From NCBI GenBank assembly GCA_938040315.1, contig CALHQW010000025.1:7929-71928 (forward strand): a DNA stretch of 64,000 bases, written 5' to 3'. The translations under genes and the position numbers were made by a program. Numbering within the stretch: the first letter of the stretch is position 1; each line of letters begins with the position of its first letter. This stretch comes from an uncultured bacterium (GTDB lineage: Bacteria; Hydrothermota; Tepidihabitantia; Tepidihabitantales; DTDR01). The notes under the pieces are model-generated. The model saw only the letters and a list, made by a program, of their open reading frames with translations. It ran no database searches and was not told the DNA's origin. Positions 49,275 through 59,473 of the stretch are shown here, piece by piece.

Positions 49275-50069
49275 ATGAAGAGAGTGATCACTTTTTTCTT
49301 ACTTTTGTGTGGATTTTTCTCTTGTCAGGAAGAGAAACCAGTAATAAAAATTGGTAATAAAAAGATTACTAAGGATGAAATTCTTGCGCAAATTCCCCAG
49401 GAGGTTAATTTAAATGAACAAAATTTGATGTCAATCTTAGAAAGAATTGTAAATAGTGAACTTATTTATCTGGCTGCTCAAAAAAGGGGGTTAACTAAGG
49501 ATAAGAGGTTACAAATGAAATTAAAAGCCTTAGAAAGGGATTTCTTCGCTAACGCCCTCATTGAAGAAGAAGCAAAAAAGATTTCCATCTCGCAGAAAGA
49601 AATAGTTGACTATTATAATCAACATAAAGAAGATTTTCTTTCGGAGATTAAAATTAGAAGGATCGTTGTTTATGATGATGATTTGGCAAATAGAATTTAT
49701 GAGGAGTTAAAAGGTGGAAGAGATTTTGTTTCCTTAGCAAAGGAATACTCTCAAGACCAACTTTTGCCAAGAGGAGAAGAATCTAAATATTTTCCAAGAG
49801 GATTTTTAACCGATCCTATCTTGGAAGAGGAGATTTTTTCTTTGAAAATTAATGAGTTTACTTCACCAATAAAATCACAAGAAGGATATCAGATTATTCA
49901 ATTAGTGGATAAAAAGAAAGTGAAGAAAGATATTTCCTTACAGGAAGTAGAAGATTATATTAAACAGATATTACAATATAAAAAAGGTTATGAAATGTTG
50001 AATAAAATGCTTTTAGATTTGAGAGAAAAATACAAAGTGAGTTATTATCCGGAAAATTTCTTTAAATGA
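49275..50069 (+). CDS. parvulin-type peptidyl-prolyl isomerase lipoprotein (PrsA/PpiC-like)
   Basis: Lipobox FFSC, FVSLAKEYSQD, SPIKSQEGYQII. Confidence 0.85.
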   Translation: MKRVITFFLLLCGFFSCQEEKPVIKIGNKKITKDEILAQIPQEVNLNEQNLMSILERIVNSELIYLAAQKRGLTKDKRLQMKLKALERDFFANALIEEEAKKISISQKEIVDYYNQHKEDFLSEIKIRRIVVYDDDLANRIYEELKGGRDFVSLAKEYSQDQLLPRGEESKYFPRGFLTDPILEEEIFSLKINEFTSPIKSQEGYQIIQLVDKKKVKKDISLQEVEDYIKQILQYKKGYEMLNKMLLDLREKYKVSYYPENFFK

Positions 50070-51280
50070 TATATTTTTTAATATTTTTTCTTTTCTCCTC
50101 CTTTTCTTACGATTATATTGTTGCTTATGTGGATGATGAGATTATTCTTTATTCCGAATTTCAAAAAAACTATTTTTTACTAAAAGAATTTTCCTCTCCC
50201 CTTATTGATACCAATCTTTTAAAAGATTCTTTATTAAATAGTTTGATTAATGGAAAAATTATTCTGAAAGAAGCGGAAAAAGAAACAATTGAGATAAAGG
50301 AAAAGGAATTGGAGAATATTTGGAAAGAAAGGTTAGAAAAGATAAAAGAAAATTTTTTAACCGACGAGACTTTATTAGAAAAGGCAAGAGAATTTATTAT
50401 AAATAATCTTCGTCAGGAATTGTTAATTCAAAAATTGTTGGCAAAAAAAAATCGTTTAAATATTACGATTAATCCTTGGGAATTAAAAGAGTTTTATGAA
50501 GAGATAAAAGATTCTTTGGCAAAAAAACCGGCAGTTTGTGAGATTGCTCATATCTTTTTGCCAATTTTACCCAGTGAAGAGAAAGAAAGGAAGGCTCAAA
50601 GAAGGATCAGCGAGATTTACGAAATCTTACTTAGAGGTGGCGATTTTGAAGAGCTTTGTAAGAGTTTTTCTGATGATAAAAAGACAAAAACGAAAGGAGG
50701 TTATTTGGGTGAATTTTTAATTGATAGTTTATCTTTAGAATTTCAAAAGGCTTTGAAGGAGTTAAAAGTTGGCGAATTTTCTCCTCCTCTGAGAAGTGAA
50801 AAGGGATATCATATTGTGAAAAAATTGGGTGAGACAAAAAACCGAGTTAAAATTGCTCACCTTTTTGTAGAAGTACCGATAGATAAAGAAGATACTTTAC
50901 AGACAAAAAAATTAATTCTAAAAATAAGAGAAAAAGCCATCAAAGGTGAGGATTTTGGAATTTTGGCAAAAGAATATTCTTATGATTTAGAAACCAAAGA
51001 AAAGGGAGGCTACCTCGGAGAATTTGTTATTACCTTTCTTTTTTCACCCTTTAAAGAAGTCTGTGAAAAACTGGATAGCGGTGAAATCTCTGAACCAGTT
51101 TTATCAAAAGAAGGTTTCCATTTAATAAAAATGTTGAGAAAAGAGAAAGAAAGGATTTTGTCTTTTTTGGAGATTCAAGAGGATTTGAGAAATTTTCTCT
51201 ATCAAAAGAAATTGATAGCAATTATTAATGAATATTTAAGAGAAGTAAAGGAAAATCATTTTATAAAAGTGAATTTTTGA
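50066..51280 (+). CDS. SurA-like chaperone with two parvulin domains
   Basis: IVAYVDDEII N-domain; two F..L.K.[FY]S.D...KGGYLG domains. Confidence 0.88.
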   Translation: MIYFLIFFLFSSFSYDYIVAYVDDEIILYSEFQKNYFLLKEFSSPLIDTNLLKDSLLNSLINGKIILKEAEKETIEIKEKELENIWKERLEKIKENFLTDETLLEKAREFIINNLRQELLIQKLLAKKNRLNITINPWELKEFYEEIKDSLAKKPAVCEIAHIFLPILPSEEKERKAQRRISEIYEILLRGGDFEELCKSFSDDKKTKTKGGYLGEFLIDSLSLEFQKALKELKVGEFSPPLRSEKGYHIVKKLGETKNRVKIAHLFVEVPIDKEDTLQTKKLILKIREKAIKGEDFGILAKEYSYDLETKEKGGYLGEFVITFLFSPFKEVCEKLDSGEISEPVLSKEGFHLIKMLRKEKERILSFLEIQEDLRNFLYQKKLIAIINEYLREVKENHFIKVNF

Positions 51281-52614
51281 TGTTAGTAATTCTTCTTTTT
51301 CTCTTTTTTAGTAATTTGCCGGTTGATTCTTTTAGTTATTCCCTTTGGGGTGATAAGGAAATTCCAATTTTTATATATTTTAAATTTAAAAATATTCCGG
51401 CAACTTTAAAAATTGATTGGGGCGACGGTAAAATTGAGAGTTTAGAAGTAAAATGGGTAATTTATGAAGCAGAACATAAATACGAAAAACCGGGCAAATA
51501 TATAATTAAAATAAAAATTGATAAAGATTATTTTATGACTACTGATACGGTTACTATTTTTGAAGAGATTTTTATTGGAAGAGTAAATTTAGCAGATAGG
51601 GTTTATAGCAGTTGTGCAATTGATAAAGAAGAGAATATTTATCTTGGCGATGTCAAAGGAAATTTTTATTCCTTTAATTTATTAGGTCAAATGAGATTTA
51701 ATTTTCTTGCCAGTGGCAAAATTTATAGTAGTCCCTTAATTGTTGATACTTTGATCTATTTTGGTGCCGATTCTTTTTTATACTGTTTAACTAAAAATGG
51801 AAAATTGGTTTTCCAAAATAAATTATCAGGTGAAATTTATAACACTCCCACTTTCTTGCCACCGGATAAAGTGGTTATCTCTTCTGATGATGGTAACCTT
51901 TATATTTTTAATCTTTTTGGTAAGAAGATAAAGGAGATAAAATTTCCTGCGGAATTGAGTGATATTTCAGTTGATGAAAAAAATAATTTGATTTTTTCTT
52001 CTGGTTCCCAAGTTTATTCTTTAAATTCTAAAGGGAAAATTAACTTTAAATTTAATTCCTTAGAAGATGATGAATTTTTTCCAGCACCAACAATTACTAA
52101 AGATTATCTTTTGTGTGGTTGTGAAGATGGTTATTTATATTTGTTAGATAAGAAAAAGGGTAAATTAATAAAAAGAATTGCTACTTTTGATGAAGATGCA
52201 ATCAAGACTGAAGTGATTATTGATGAAGAAGGAAAGTTTTATTTTGGTGACGACGGTGGAAAATTATATGTTTACGATGGTAAATTGATTTCTCTTTTTG
52301 AAGCGGAGGATGCGATTATTTCTACTCCTTTAATTATTAAAAGGGATGGTAAAAAAATAATTTTTATTTTGGATGAAATGGGCTATCTTTATGCCTTAAA
52401 TGAAAAGGGAAAAATATTATTTAAAATGGAAATCTGTTCAAGCGAGAAAGATTTATACCAAACTCCCTCTTTTCTTTTTGTTCAGGATAAATTAATTATT
52501 CCATCTTGGGATGGTTATTTATATGCTTTTCGAATAGAAGGGGAGGTTATAAAAAGTGAATGGTTCACTTATCGGGCTAACTTTTCTCGTAATGGCAAAA
52601 TAAATAAAAAATGA
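51280..52614 (+). CDS. PKD domain plus PQQ-like beta-propeller protein
   Basis: DWGDG...HKYEKPGKY, repeated YSSP/IYFG/DGYLY blades. Confidence 0.78.
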   Translation: MLVILLFLFFSNLPVDSFSYSLWGDKEIPIFIYFKFKNIPATLKIDWGDGKIESLEVKWVIYEAEHKYEKPGKYIIKIKIDKDYFMTTDTVTIFEEIFIGRVNLADRVYSSCAIDKEENIYLGDVKGNFYSFNLLGQMRFNFLASGKIYSSPLIVDTLIYFGADSFLYCLTKNGKLVFQNKLSGEIYNTPTFLPPDKVVISSDDGNLYIFNLFGKKIKEIKFPAELSDISVDEKNNLIFSSGSQVYSLNSKGKINFKFNSLEDDEFFPAPTITKDYLLCGCEDGYLYLLDKKKGKLIKRIATFDEDAIKTEVIIDEEGKFYFGDDGGKLYVYDGKLISLFEAEDAIISTPLIIKRDGKKIIFILDEMGYLYALNEKGKILFKMEICSSEKDLYQTPSFLFVQDKLIIPSWDGYLYAFRIEGEVIKSEWFTYRANFSRNGKINKK

Positions 52615-53822
52615 TAATTATTTTGCCGTTACTTTTTTCTTACTTTTCTCAAGCCAATATTTATGGAGAATTCATTTTGACCAATGAGATTGGTTCTTTT
52701 ATTCTTCCTAAATTCTCTTTCTCTTCGCCTTTGGAGAGAAAAAAAAGTTTACTTTTTTTAGAAAATTATAATAAAATTATCCTCTATTCGGAAGGAGTCT
52801 TTAAACCATTAATTTTTGATATTAAAGGAAATTATTTAGGTTATTTGGAGACCGTCTTTTATTATGCTCAGAAGGTTGAGTATCAAAAGAAAGAAATGGT
52901 TGTTCTTCCGAAAGGTAATATATTAGGATTTTATACTTTAAAAAATAAAAATCTTAATCTTTATCGTAAATTATTGATAAATGAATATATCGAAAGTTTT
53001 GATTTTCTTACAAATCACGATTCTCTTTTTATTGTTTTAAGTTGTAGTGATAAAAAAGAGAACAAAATAAAAATTTATAATCAAAATTTTAAATTAATCA
53101 CCGAAAGGGTAATTGATGAAAAATTTTTTATCAAAAATCTTGATACTTTCCTTTTGGCAATTGGAAAGGATTTAAAAAGAATAATGCTCTTAAATAGAAA
53201 TTTACAAATCCTTTGGGAATTTAATTTAAAAGATTTATTTATTAATGATTTTGCCCTTTGGGAAAGTCTTTTAATTTTAGTTTGTGGTAATTTAAACCAG
53301 GATAAAGGAAGGCTTTATTTTTTATCGTTTAAAAAGGGTAAAATTTTAGAAACCTTCCCCTTTGATTATTTTTATCCCCTTGCTTTTAATAGTATAAAGG
53401 TTGCTGATATTGATAACGATACCGAAAAGGAAATTGTGGTGACCGCTTCCGGCAGAAAGGGAGAAATAATTATTTTTAAAATAATAAAAGATAAATTAAT
53501 CTTAAAGAAAAAAAGAACCTTTTCTTCTTTTACCTCCTTAGTAAATATGGTTAATGTCCAGATTTTAGGTGTTGATGATTTTATTTATGATAAAAATAAT
53601 AATAAAGAGTTAATTTTATTAATTACTTATGAAGAAAAAAAAGATGTTTTTTTATTGAATAATTTTAATTCTGGCGAAATTCTGCTTTTAGATAATAAAT
53701 TTAAAGATATTGCTGATTTAGATCTGGATTTTCCTCTTAGCGATTTTTTAATCCTTAATCAAAAAAATAAGAAAAGAACAGTTTTAGTTGTCCTTACGGA
53801 AAAATTAAAATTTTATGAATAG
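52611..53822 (+). CDS. secreted hypothetical protein, probable beta-propeller
   Basis: Signal peptide, one DIDNDTEKEIVV (FG-GAP-like) motif; ATGA-coupled. Confidence 0.65.
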   Translation: MIIILPLLFSYFSQANIYGEFILTNEIGSFILPKFSFSSPLERKKSLLFLENYNKIILYSEGVFKPLIFDIKGNYLGYLETVFYYAQKVEYQKKEMVVLPKGNILGFYTLKNKNLNLYRKLLINEYIESFDFLTNHDSLFIVLSCSDKKENKIKIYNQNFKLITERVIDEKFFIKNLDTFLLAIGKDLKRIMLLNRNLQILWEFNLKDLFINDFALWESLLILVCGNLNQDKGRLYFLSFKKGKILETFPFDYFYPLAFNSIKVADIDNDTEKEIVVTASGRKGEIIIFKIIKDKLILKKKRTFSSFTSLVNMVNVQILGVDDFIYDKNNNKELILLITYEEKKDVFLLNNFNSGEILLLDNKFKDIADLDLDFPLSDFLILNQKNKKRTVLVVLTEKLKFYE

Positions 53823-55797
53823 CCTATTTCTTCTTTTTATCCTTAATCTTTCCTCTTATTTCATTTTTTTAAAAGGAGAAAAAGGGAGAAAAATTGATGA
53901 ACGAAAAATCAAGAAAAATTTGGTAAAACAGTATATTTCCCAAAAGGATTGGAAAATTTTTTCCCAGATGGAAGATATTGTTTATCAAAAAGATATTGAA
54001 AACTTTCTTTATGGATTTTTGAAAAATAAAGTTTATCAAATTAAAAAAAGGGAGCCAGTAAATTTATATTTCCGAATTAAAAAGTTGGCCTTAATGGAAG
54101 GTAAAAAAGAAATTTACCTTATTTTGATTGGTGAAAGGGAGTTTACGGTATTAAATAAAAATTTAGATATTCTTTATTATAGAGACTTTGGTGAAAAGAT
54201 AGAAAATTCTATTTTGGAAGATCGAAATTTTAATAATGAAGAGGAAGTTTATCTGATTTTTAAAAATAAAATCTTTTATTTTTCTTTTGAAAAAGAAATG
54301 TTTTGGGAATTAAATAATAATTGGATAAATCCTCAATGGTTGGTCAGCGACGGGCATTCATTATTTCTTGTCTTCGCTGATTCAATAGTTATCCTGGAGG
54401 AAAAATTAGAAACCAAAAAAATTTATCCTAAAAAAAATGAGAAATTTATTTTACTCACTTTAAAAAAGGATGGTTTTTTAATCCTCAGTAAGTTAGAAAA
54501 TCGTTCGGTTGTTGCCTATGATAAAAATAAAAGAATAGAAATCTTTGGTAATTTTGATAAAATAGAAGGAAAAATTTTTAAAGATGGTTTTTTAATTAAA
54601 GCGGATAATAATCTTTTTTTTATTAACCGTTCTCTTTCTTATTTTGAAAAGATTATTGAACACTCTCAAATAAAGGAAATTAAAGATTATAAAATCTTTG
54701 ATTTAAATGGCGATGGAAAAGAAGACCTTATTATAAGTGATGGTAATTATCTTTTTTACTTTTTAAACAATTCCTTAATCTTAGAAGAGGAACAAAGAAA
54801 TTATTATCAAAGATTAATTAATCGGGTAAGAATAGGAAATTTATATGGTTATCAAGATTTGCTTATAACCCTTTTAAATCTTAGTGCGCAAGTAGGGTTA
54901 CCTTTTTTAGAAATTGAGAAAAAAATTGAAAAGGCAGTTAGAAAATATTATGTTGCAAAAATCCAACAACAATTATTTTTAAGTAGTTTTTTATCGGTCT
55001 TTTTTGTTCTTTTTATTATGCTATTTATTAGGCCAATTTTTCTCAAAGTTAAAAATAAAAAATGGCGATTGGAAAACCGTTCTTTGCCTCAGTTGATTAA
55101 GATTATTGGCGATTTAGTTGCTTTAAATCATAACTATTTAATGAAAGGTAATTTTTTAGGAGCCCAGAATCGAATTAAAAAAATTAGCGAAGATTTTAAA
55201 TTAGTAGAAGAAGAAGTTTTATATCTAAAAGAAACCTTGGAACCCAAATTTTTTATGGAAAATTATTTATCCCTTTTAAAGAAAATTTTTGATAACAAAA
55301 ATATTGTTAATTTAATTACCTATCTAAAAGAGATAAACAAAAGTTTAGAGAAAAAAATGGTTTTTCAAAAGGTTAATTCTTTTGAGATAGAGGAGTATCT
55401 TAAAAAAGAAGGATATTATTTACTACAAGTTTACGACCCTTTTATTGGTGAAGATAATGAGAGTTATAAAGTTTTTTTAGATAAAAAAATAGAAAATTTT
55501 TTGATCCACTTGATAACCGATCATTTAAAATATGCTGGAAAAAAGGCGGTTATTATTTTAGAGAAGAAAGTTATTACTGATTGGCAGAAGAAGATTATCT
55601 TACATTTTTATTCCGATGCGGAAAGTGAGATTGATTTAGAAAAAGGTCATTTAGCAGAAGAGATAAGGGAGATAAAAAATAATTATTTTGAATATTTAAA
55701 TATTAATAAGGGTTTTCAATTAGAAGAAAAGTTAGTTCTTATTTTTTCGGATTTAATTGGTATTATTGAAGGAATAATTAAAAGGAGTAAAATTTAA
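53815..55797 (+). CDS. membrane protein with extracytoplasmic FG-GAP-like region and degenerate histidine-kinase-like tail
   Basis: DLNGDGKEDLII, TM at about residues 388-410, then LNHN and LITDHLKYA resembling H-box and N-box. Confidence 0.6.
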   Translation: MNSLFLLFILNLSSYFIFLKGEKGRKIDERKIKKNLVKQYISQKDWKIFSQMEDIVYQKDIENFLYGFLKNKVYQIKKREPVNLYFRIKKLALMEGKKEIYLILIGEREFTVLNKNLDILYYRDFGEKIENSILEDRNFNNEEEVYLIFKNKIFYFSFEKEMFWELNNNWINPQWLVSDGHSLFLVFADSIVILEEKLETKKIYPKKNEKFILLTLKKDGFLILSKLENRSVVAYDKNKRIEIFGNFDKIEGKIFKDGFLIKADNNLFFINRSLSYFEKIIEHSQIKEIKDYKIFDLNGDGKEDLIISDGNYLFYFLNNSLILEEEQRNYYQRLINRVRIGNLYGYQDLLITLLNLSAQVGLPFLEIEKKIEKAVRKYYVAKIQQQLFLSSFLSVFFVLFIMLFIRPIFLKVKNKKWRLENRSLPQLIKIIGDLVALNHNYLMKGNFLGAQNRIKKISEDFKLVEEEVLYLKETLEPKFFMENYLSLLKKIFDNKNIVNLITYLKEINKSLEKKMVFQKVNSFEIEEYLKKEGYYLLQVYDPFIGEDNESYKVFLDKKIENFLIHLITDHLKYAGKKAVIILEKKVITDWQKKIILHFYSDAESEIDLEKGHLAEEIREIKNNYFEYLNINKGFQLEEKLVLIFSDLIGIIEGIIKRSKI

Positions 55798-55800
55798 TAA

Positions 55801-57372
55801 ATGGAAAAGCCTTTAATTTTAGTAGTTGATGATTTAGAGGAGGCATATTGGGGATTGATAAATTTCATTAAAGAGAAGGAGGAAAAGATTTATCAAAATT
55901 TTGAATTTCTTTATTTTCAAGATTATTTTCAATTAAAGGAGTGGTATTCGAAGAATCGGGGGAAATTTGTTTCTTTAATTATTCAAGATGTTGATTATAC
56001 TCATCTAAAAGATAAGAATAGACTTTTAAAGCAGAAAGATGGGCAATTTTTCCATTTAGAATTTTTTGATGAAGTGGCTTTACAGGGTTTTCTTATCTAT
56101 TTAAAAATTCGGGAAGAATTGGATAGAATCGTGCCGGTTCTCTTTGTCTCTTTAAGAGTCGGTCTTGATTATACCAAAGAGTTTACTCAATTTTTAGTTT
56201 ATCCTGGTTATGGAAGATGTTCTTTCGTTCCTACGGAAGTAACAGGAAGTGAATATTATCCGGTCATTACTCGAAATATTGAAAATATGGCACTTCTACC
56301 GATAGATAAAGAGAAGAAAGAGTTATGGAAAAAATATCATAAAATGGTTATCGGTAATTCAAGAAGTATGGCTCATTTGGTAAAAGAGATCGAAAGAATT
56401 GCCATAAGTGATGCTACTTGTGTTTTGCTTGGTTCCAGCGGTGTCGGAAAGGAATTAGTGGCTAATGCTTTACACCGATTAAGTTATCGTTACGATCCTG
56501 AGGTGGTTCACAAAAGAGCTCCTTTAACCGTAAATATTCATGCCTTAGATTTTAATTTAATTGAAGATGAACTTTTTGGTCATGAGAAAGGTGCCTTTAC
56601 TGGTGCAATAAGTATGCGGGAAGGAATATTTGAAGCGGCAAATAATTCAACAATTTTTTTAGACGAGATTGGTGAGTTACCTAACGAGATTCAGATAAAA
56701 CTATTAAGAGCATTAGAATATAAAAAAATAAAAAGAATCGGTGCGTCTCACGAAATAGAGGTTGATGTGAGGATAATTGCTGCTACCAATCGGACAGTAG
56801 AAGAGTTAAGGGAGCGGTTAAGACCCGATTTTTATTCACGACTTATTCAGCATTGTATCTTTGTTCCTTCTTTAAAAGAAAGATATCAGAATGAAAATGT
56901 TGAAGTGATTGAAAAAGATGTGAAAGAACTTTCCGAATTCTTTATTAATGAAATGAATAAAAAAGAAAATCGAAATATTATAATTTCTCCCATTGCTTTA
57001 AAATTTTTAACTAAATTAGTTTATGAATATGTGAATAATCAAAATAATATTTTTGAAAGTAATATCCGCACTTTTCGTAATATTGTAGAAAGAGCTTATG
57101 AACGGGCATTAAGCGATGGTGCCTTAGAGATTGATTTAGGGCATATAATTTCCACAATTGGAATGATGAGATTTTTGCAAACCAAAAAAGAAGAAAAAGA
57201 GGAAGAAATATCGATAGAAAGAATTTTCAATACATTAAATCTTTCGGAAATTGAGAAAAAGGTAATAAAGGAAGCGCTTAAAAAAAGTAATGGTAACATT
57301 TCTCAAGCAGCTCGTTTACTTGGTATTCATCGGGATACTTTGAGAAGAAAAATTCAAGAACATAATCTCTAA
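55801..57372 (+). CDS. sigma-54-dependent activator (atypical receiver, AAA+, Fis HTH)
   Basis: LVVDD, GSSGVGKE, GAFTGA, FLDEIGE, IIAATNR, NISQAARLLGI. Confidence 0.92.
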   Translation: MEKPLILVVDDLEEAYWGLINFIKEKEEKIYQNFEFLYFQDYFQLKEWYSKNRGKFVSLIIQDVDYTHLKDKNRLLKQKDGQFFHLEFFDEVALQGFLIYLKIREELDRIVPVLFVSLRVGLDYTKEFTQFLVYPGYGRCSFVPTEVTGSEYYPVITRNIENMALLPIDKEKKELWKKYHKMVIGNSRSMAHLVKEIERIAISDATCVLLGSSGVGKELVANALHRLSYRYDPEVVHKRAPLTVNIHALDFNLIEDELFGHEKGAFTGAISMREGIFEAANNSTIFLDEIGELPNEIQIKLLRALEYKKIKRIGASHEIEVDVRIIAATNRTVEELRERLRPDFYSRLIQHCIFVPSLKERYQNENVEVIEKDVKELSEFFINEMNKKENRNIIISPIALKFLTKLVYEYVNNQNNIFESNIRTFRNIVERAYERALSDGALEIDLGHIISTIGMMRFLQTKKEEKEEEISIERIFNTLNLSEIEKKVIKEALKKSNGNISQAARLLGIHRDTLRRKIQEHNL

Positions 57373-57653
57373 AAGTAAAACCAAGGAATAGGCGCTGCTT
57401 TTTGTTTGAATATCTTTTCGGTTATCAATATAAATAAAAAGTTTTATTAGTTATAATATAGAATTTAGAAAAGGTAAAAATGCGTATGACTTCGGTGGCC
57501 TCTTTTAAAAACTATACAGGAGACCGTTATAGAGTTATCCCTATACCCAAAAAATCTTTAATTTATAAGAACCAAAAAGCATATACCCCCTCTTCCTATC
57601 AATTTTTTTCTCTATATATTATTGATTTTTAAATATTTTTATTATAATTAAGT

Positions 57654-59309
57654 ATGGTACCTTTTTTGATATTAATTTTATCTATTTTTAATTTAGAATA
57701 TCAAGAATCTTCCAACGGCTTAATTCCGCCAACCTTAGAAGGAGGAAGATTAGAGATCGAAATGGTAGATATTAATCAAGATGGTAATTTGGATTTAATT
57801 TCTATCGGCGACCATGGTTCTCCTTATATTAATACTGACCAACATGGAATAATGGTTTGGTTTGGCGATGGAAGAGGAAATTGGCAGGTTTATATGAACG
57901 GCAATTTTGGATACGGTGGTATCGCTTACGGTGATGTGAATAATGATGGTTTTTTAGATGTTGGCTATGGAATGCATCATAATTATTCCAATAACGATTT
58001 TGGTGATCAATTATTAGAAGTTGCTTTGGGCGATGGTACTGGTAGAAATTGGGTTCCTTGGGATGATAGTTTAGCAATGGATGGACAGGATTGGGGAATG
58101 TTTTGTACCGATTTTGCTGATGTTAACAATGATGGACTTTTAGATATTGGTTCAAATGCTTTTGGTTATGATGATGGAATTCATATTTATTTAAATTTGG
58201 GTAATGGAGCCTGGCGAAGAAGTTTTGGTTTTATTGGTGGCAATTCTAATATGGATTTTGTTTTTGGCGATATTAATAAAGACGGCAATGTAGATTTCGC
58301 TGTTGCTCATCAATTTGGCAGTGTTTATTTTGGAGACGGAACTGGCAATTTCATTTTAGCCCACAGAAATTTACCACCTCCAGGTAATTTTTATTATCTT
58401 AGTGTTTCCTTAAATGATGTAGACAATGATGGTGGTATGGATTTAGGTTTTATTAATCCCCAAGGTGGAATTGAAGTTTGGATTTTTAATGAAGAAGGAG
58501 ATAGTTGGGAAAATTTTTCAGGCAATTTACCATCTACCGGTTCTTACCAAAGGATACAACTTTTTGATATGAATCTTGATGGATTTATTGATGTTGTTGC
58601 CCAAGGAAATGGTGTTTTAAAAATTTATTTAGGTAACGGTAGGGGCAGTTGGCAGGAAGTGGTAACGATTAATACACCGTCACCAGGAAGCGGAAGAGAA
58701 TTAAAAGTTGGTGGAGATTGTGACCATAATGGTTATCCTGATATTATTTTGGTAGTTAATGAAGGTAGTTGGCCTAATTATCGGAATCGCGCACGGTTTT
58801 TTAAAGAAACATCAATACCATCAAATTTAAATATCTTTCCAGTTTTTCCGAGAGGTTATGAAAGATTTGAACCTAATTCGGTGAATTTCATTAAATGGAT
58901 TTCGGCAGTACCTAATCATCCCCAAAATCTTTCTTTTATAAAAATTGAATTTTCTTCAACCGGACCTAACGGACCATTTATCACTATTGTTGATTCTTTC
59001 CCTAATACTGGATTTTTCCAATGGCGGATACCTAATGTTATAAGTGATAATTGTTACTTGAAACTAACTATTTTTACTTATCATGATACTGTTTCCGTTT
59101 TAACTCCGCATCCTTTTGCAATTGGCATGGCTAGCGCTTTAGAAAATAAAAAAGAAAATAAAAATGTTAAAGAGAAAATAAGGCCTAATTTTGAAATAGA
59201 TAAAATCTTTGATTTAAGTGGTAGAGAAATTAAAAAAAAGGAATTTAAAAAGGGTATCTACTTTATCAGAAAGAAAGACAAAATTGAGAAATTGGTAATT
59301 TATCAATAA
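57654..59309 (+). CDS. FG-GAP/VCBS repeat protein with T9SS-like C-terminal sorting domain
   Basis: Several D.N.DG..D repeats; C-terminus IFDLSGREI...KGIYFI...KLVI. Confidence 0.85.
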   Translation: MVPFLILILSIFNLEYQESSNGLIPPTLEGGRLEIEMVDINQDGNLDLISIGDHGSPYINTDQHGIMVWFGDGRGNWQVYMNGNFGYGGIAYGDVNNDGFLDVGYGMHHNYSNNDFGDQLLEVALGDGTGRNWVPWDDSLAMDGQDWGMFCTDFADVNNDGLLDIGSNAFGYDDGIHIYLNLGNGAWRRSFGFIGGNSNMDFVFGDINKDGNVDFAVAHQFGSVYFGDGTGNFILAHRNLPPPGNFYYLSVSLNDVDNDGGMDLGFINPQGGIEVWIFNEEGDSWENFSGNLPSTGSYQRIQLFDMNLDGFIDVVAQGNGVLKIYLGNGRGSWQEVVTINTPSPGSGRELKVGGDCDHNGYPDIILVVNEGSWPNYRNRARFFKETSIPSNLNIFPVFPRGYERFEPNSVNFIKWISAVPNHPQNLSFIKIEFSSTGPNGPFITIVDSFPNTGFFQWRIPNVISDNCYLKLTIFTYHDTVSVLTPHPFAIGMASALENKKENKNVKEKIRPNFEIDKIFDLSGREIKKKEFKKGIYFIRKKDKIEKLVIYQ

Positions 59310-59345
59310 AGATAACATAAAATTAGATTAATTTATTTGTTTTAC

Positions 59346-59373
59346 TTGATTTTTATCTAACTTTTATTATAAT
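59346..59373 (+). promoter_or_regulatory. sigma-70 promoter of tRNA-Lys
   Basis: TTGATT-N16-TATAAT, 8 nt before the tRNA. Confidence 0.7.
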
Positions 59374-59381
59374 TCAAAAAA

Positions 59382-59455
59382 GGGTCGTTAGCTCAGGCTG
59401 GTAGAGCACCTGATTTTTAATCAGGTGGCCGCAGGTTCGAGTCCTGCACGACCCA
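59382..59455 (+). tRNA. tRNA-Lys(UUU), CCA not encoded
   Basis: GGGTCGT/ACGACCC acceptor stem, CCTGA-TTTTTAA-TCAGG anticodon arm, GGTTCGAGTCC T-arm. Confidence 0.96.
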
Positions 59456-59473
59456 TTTTTATTTCTCTTTTTT

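Noticed and set aside
57383-57400. GG-N10-GC spacing (AGGAATAGGCGCTGCT) just after the sigma-54 activator
   Set aside because: Poor match to TGGCAC-N5-TTGC; the downstream gene has a sigma-70-like promoter.
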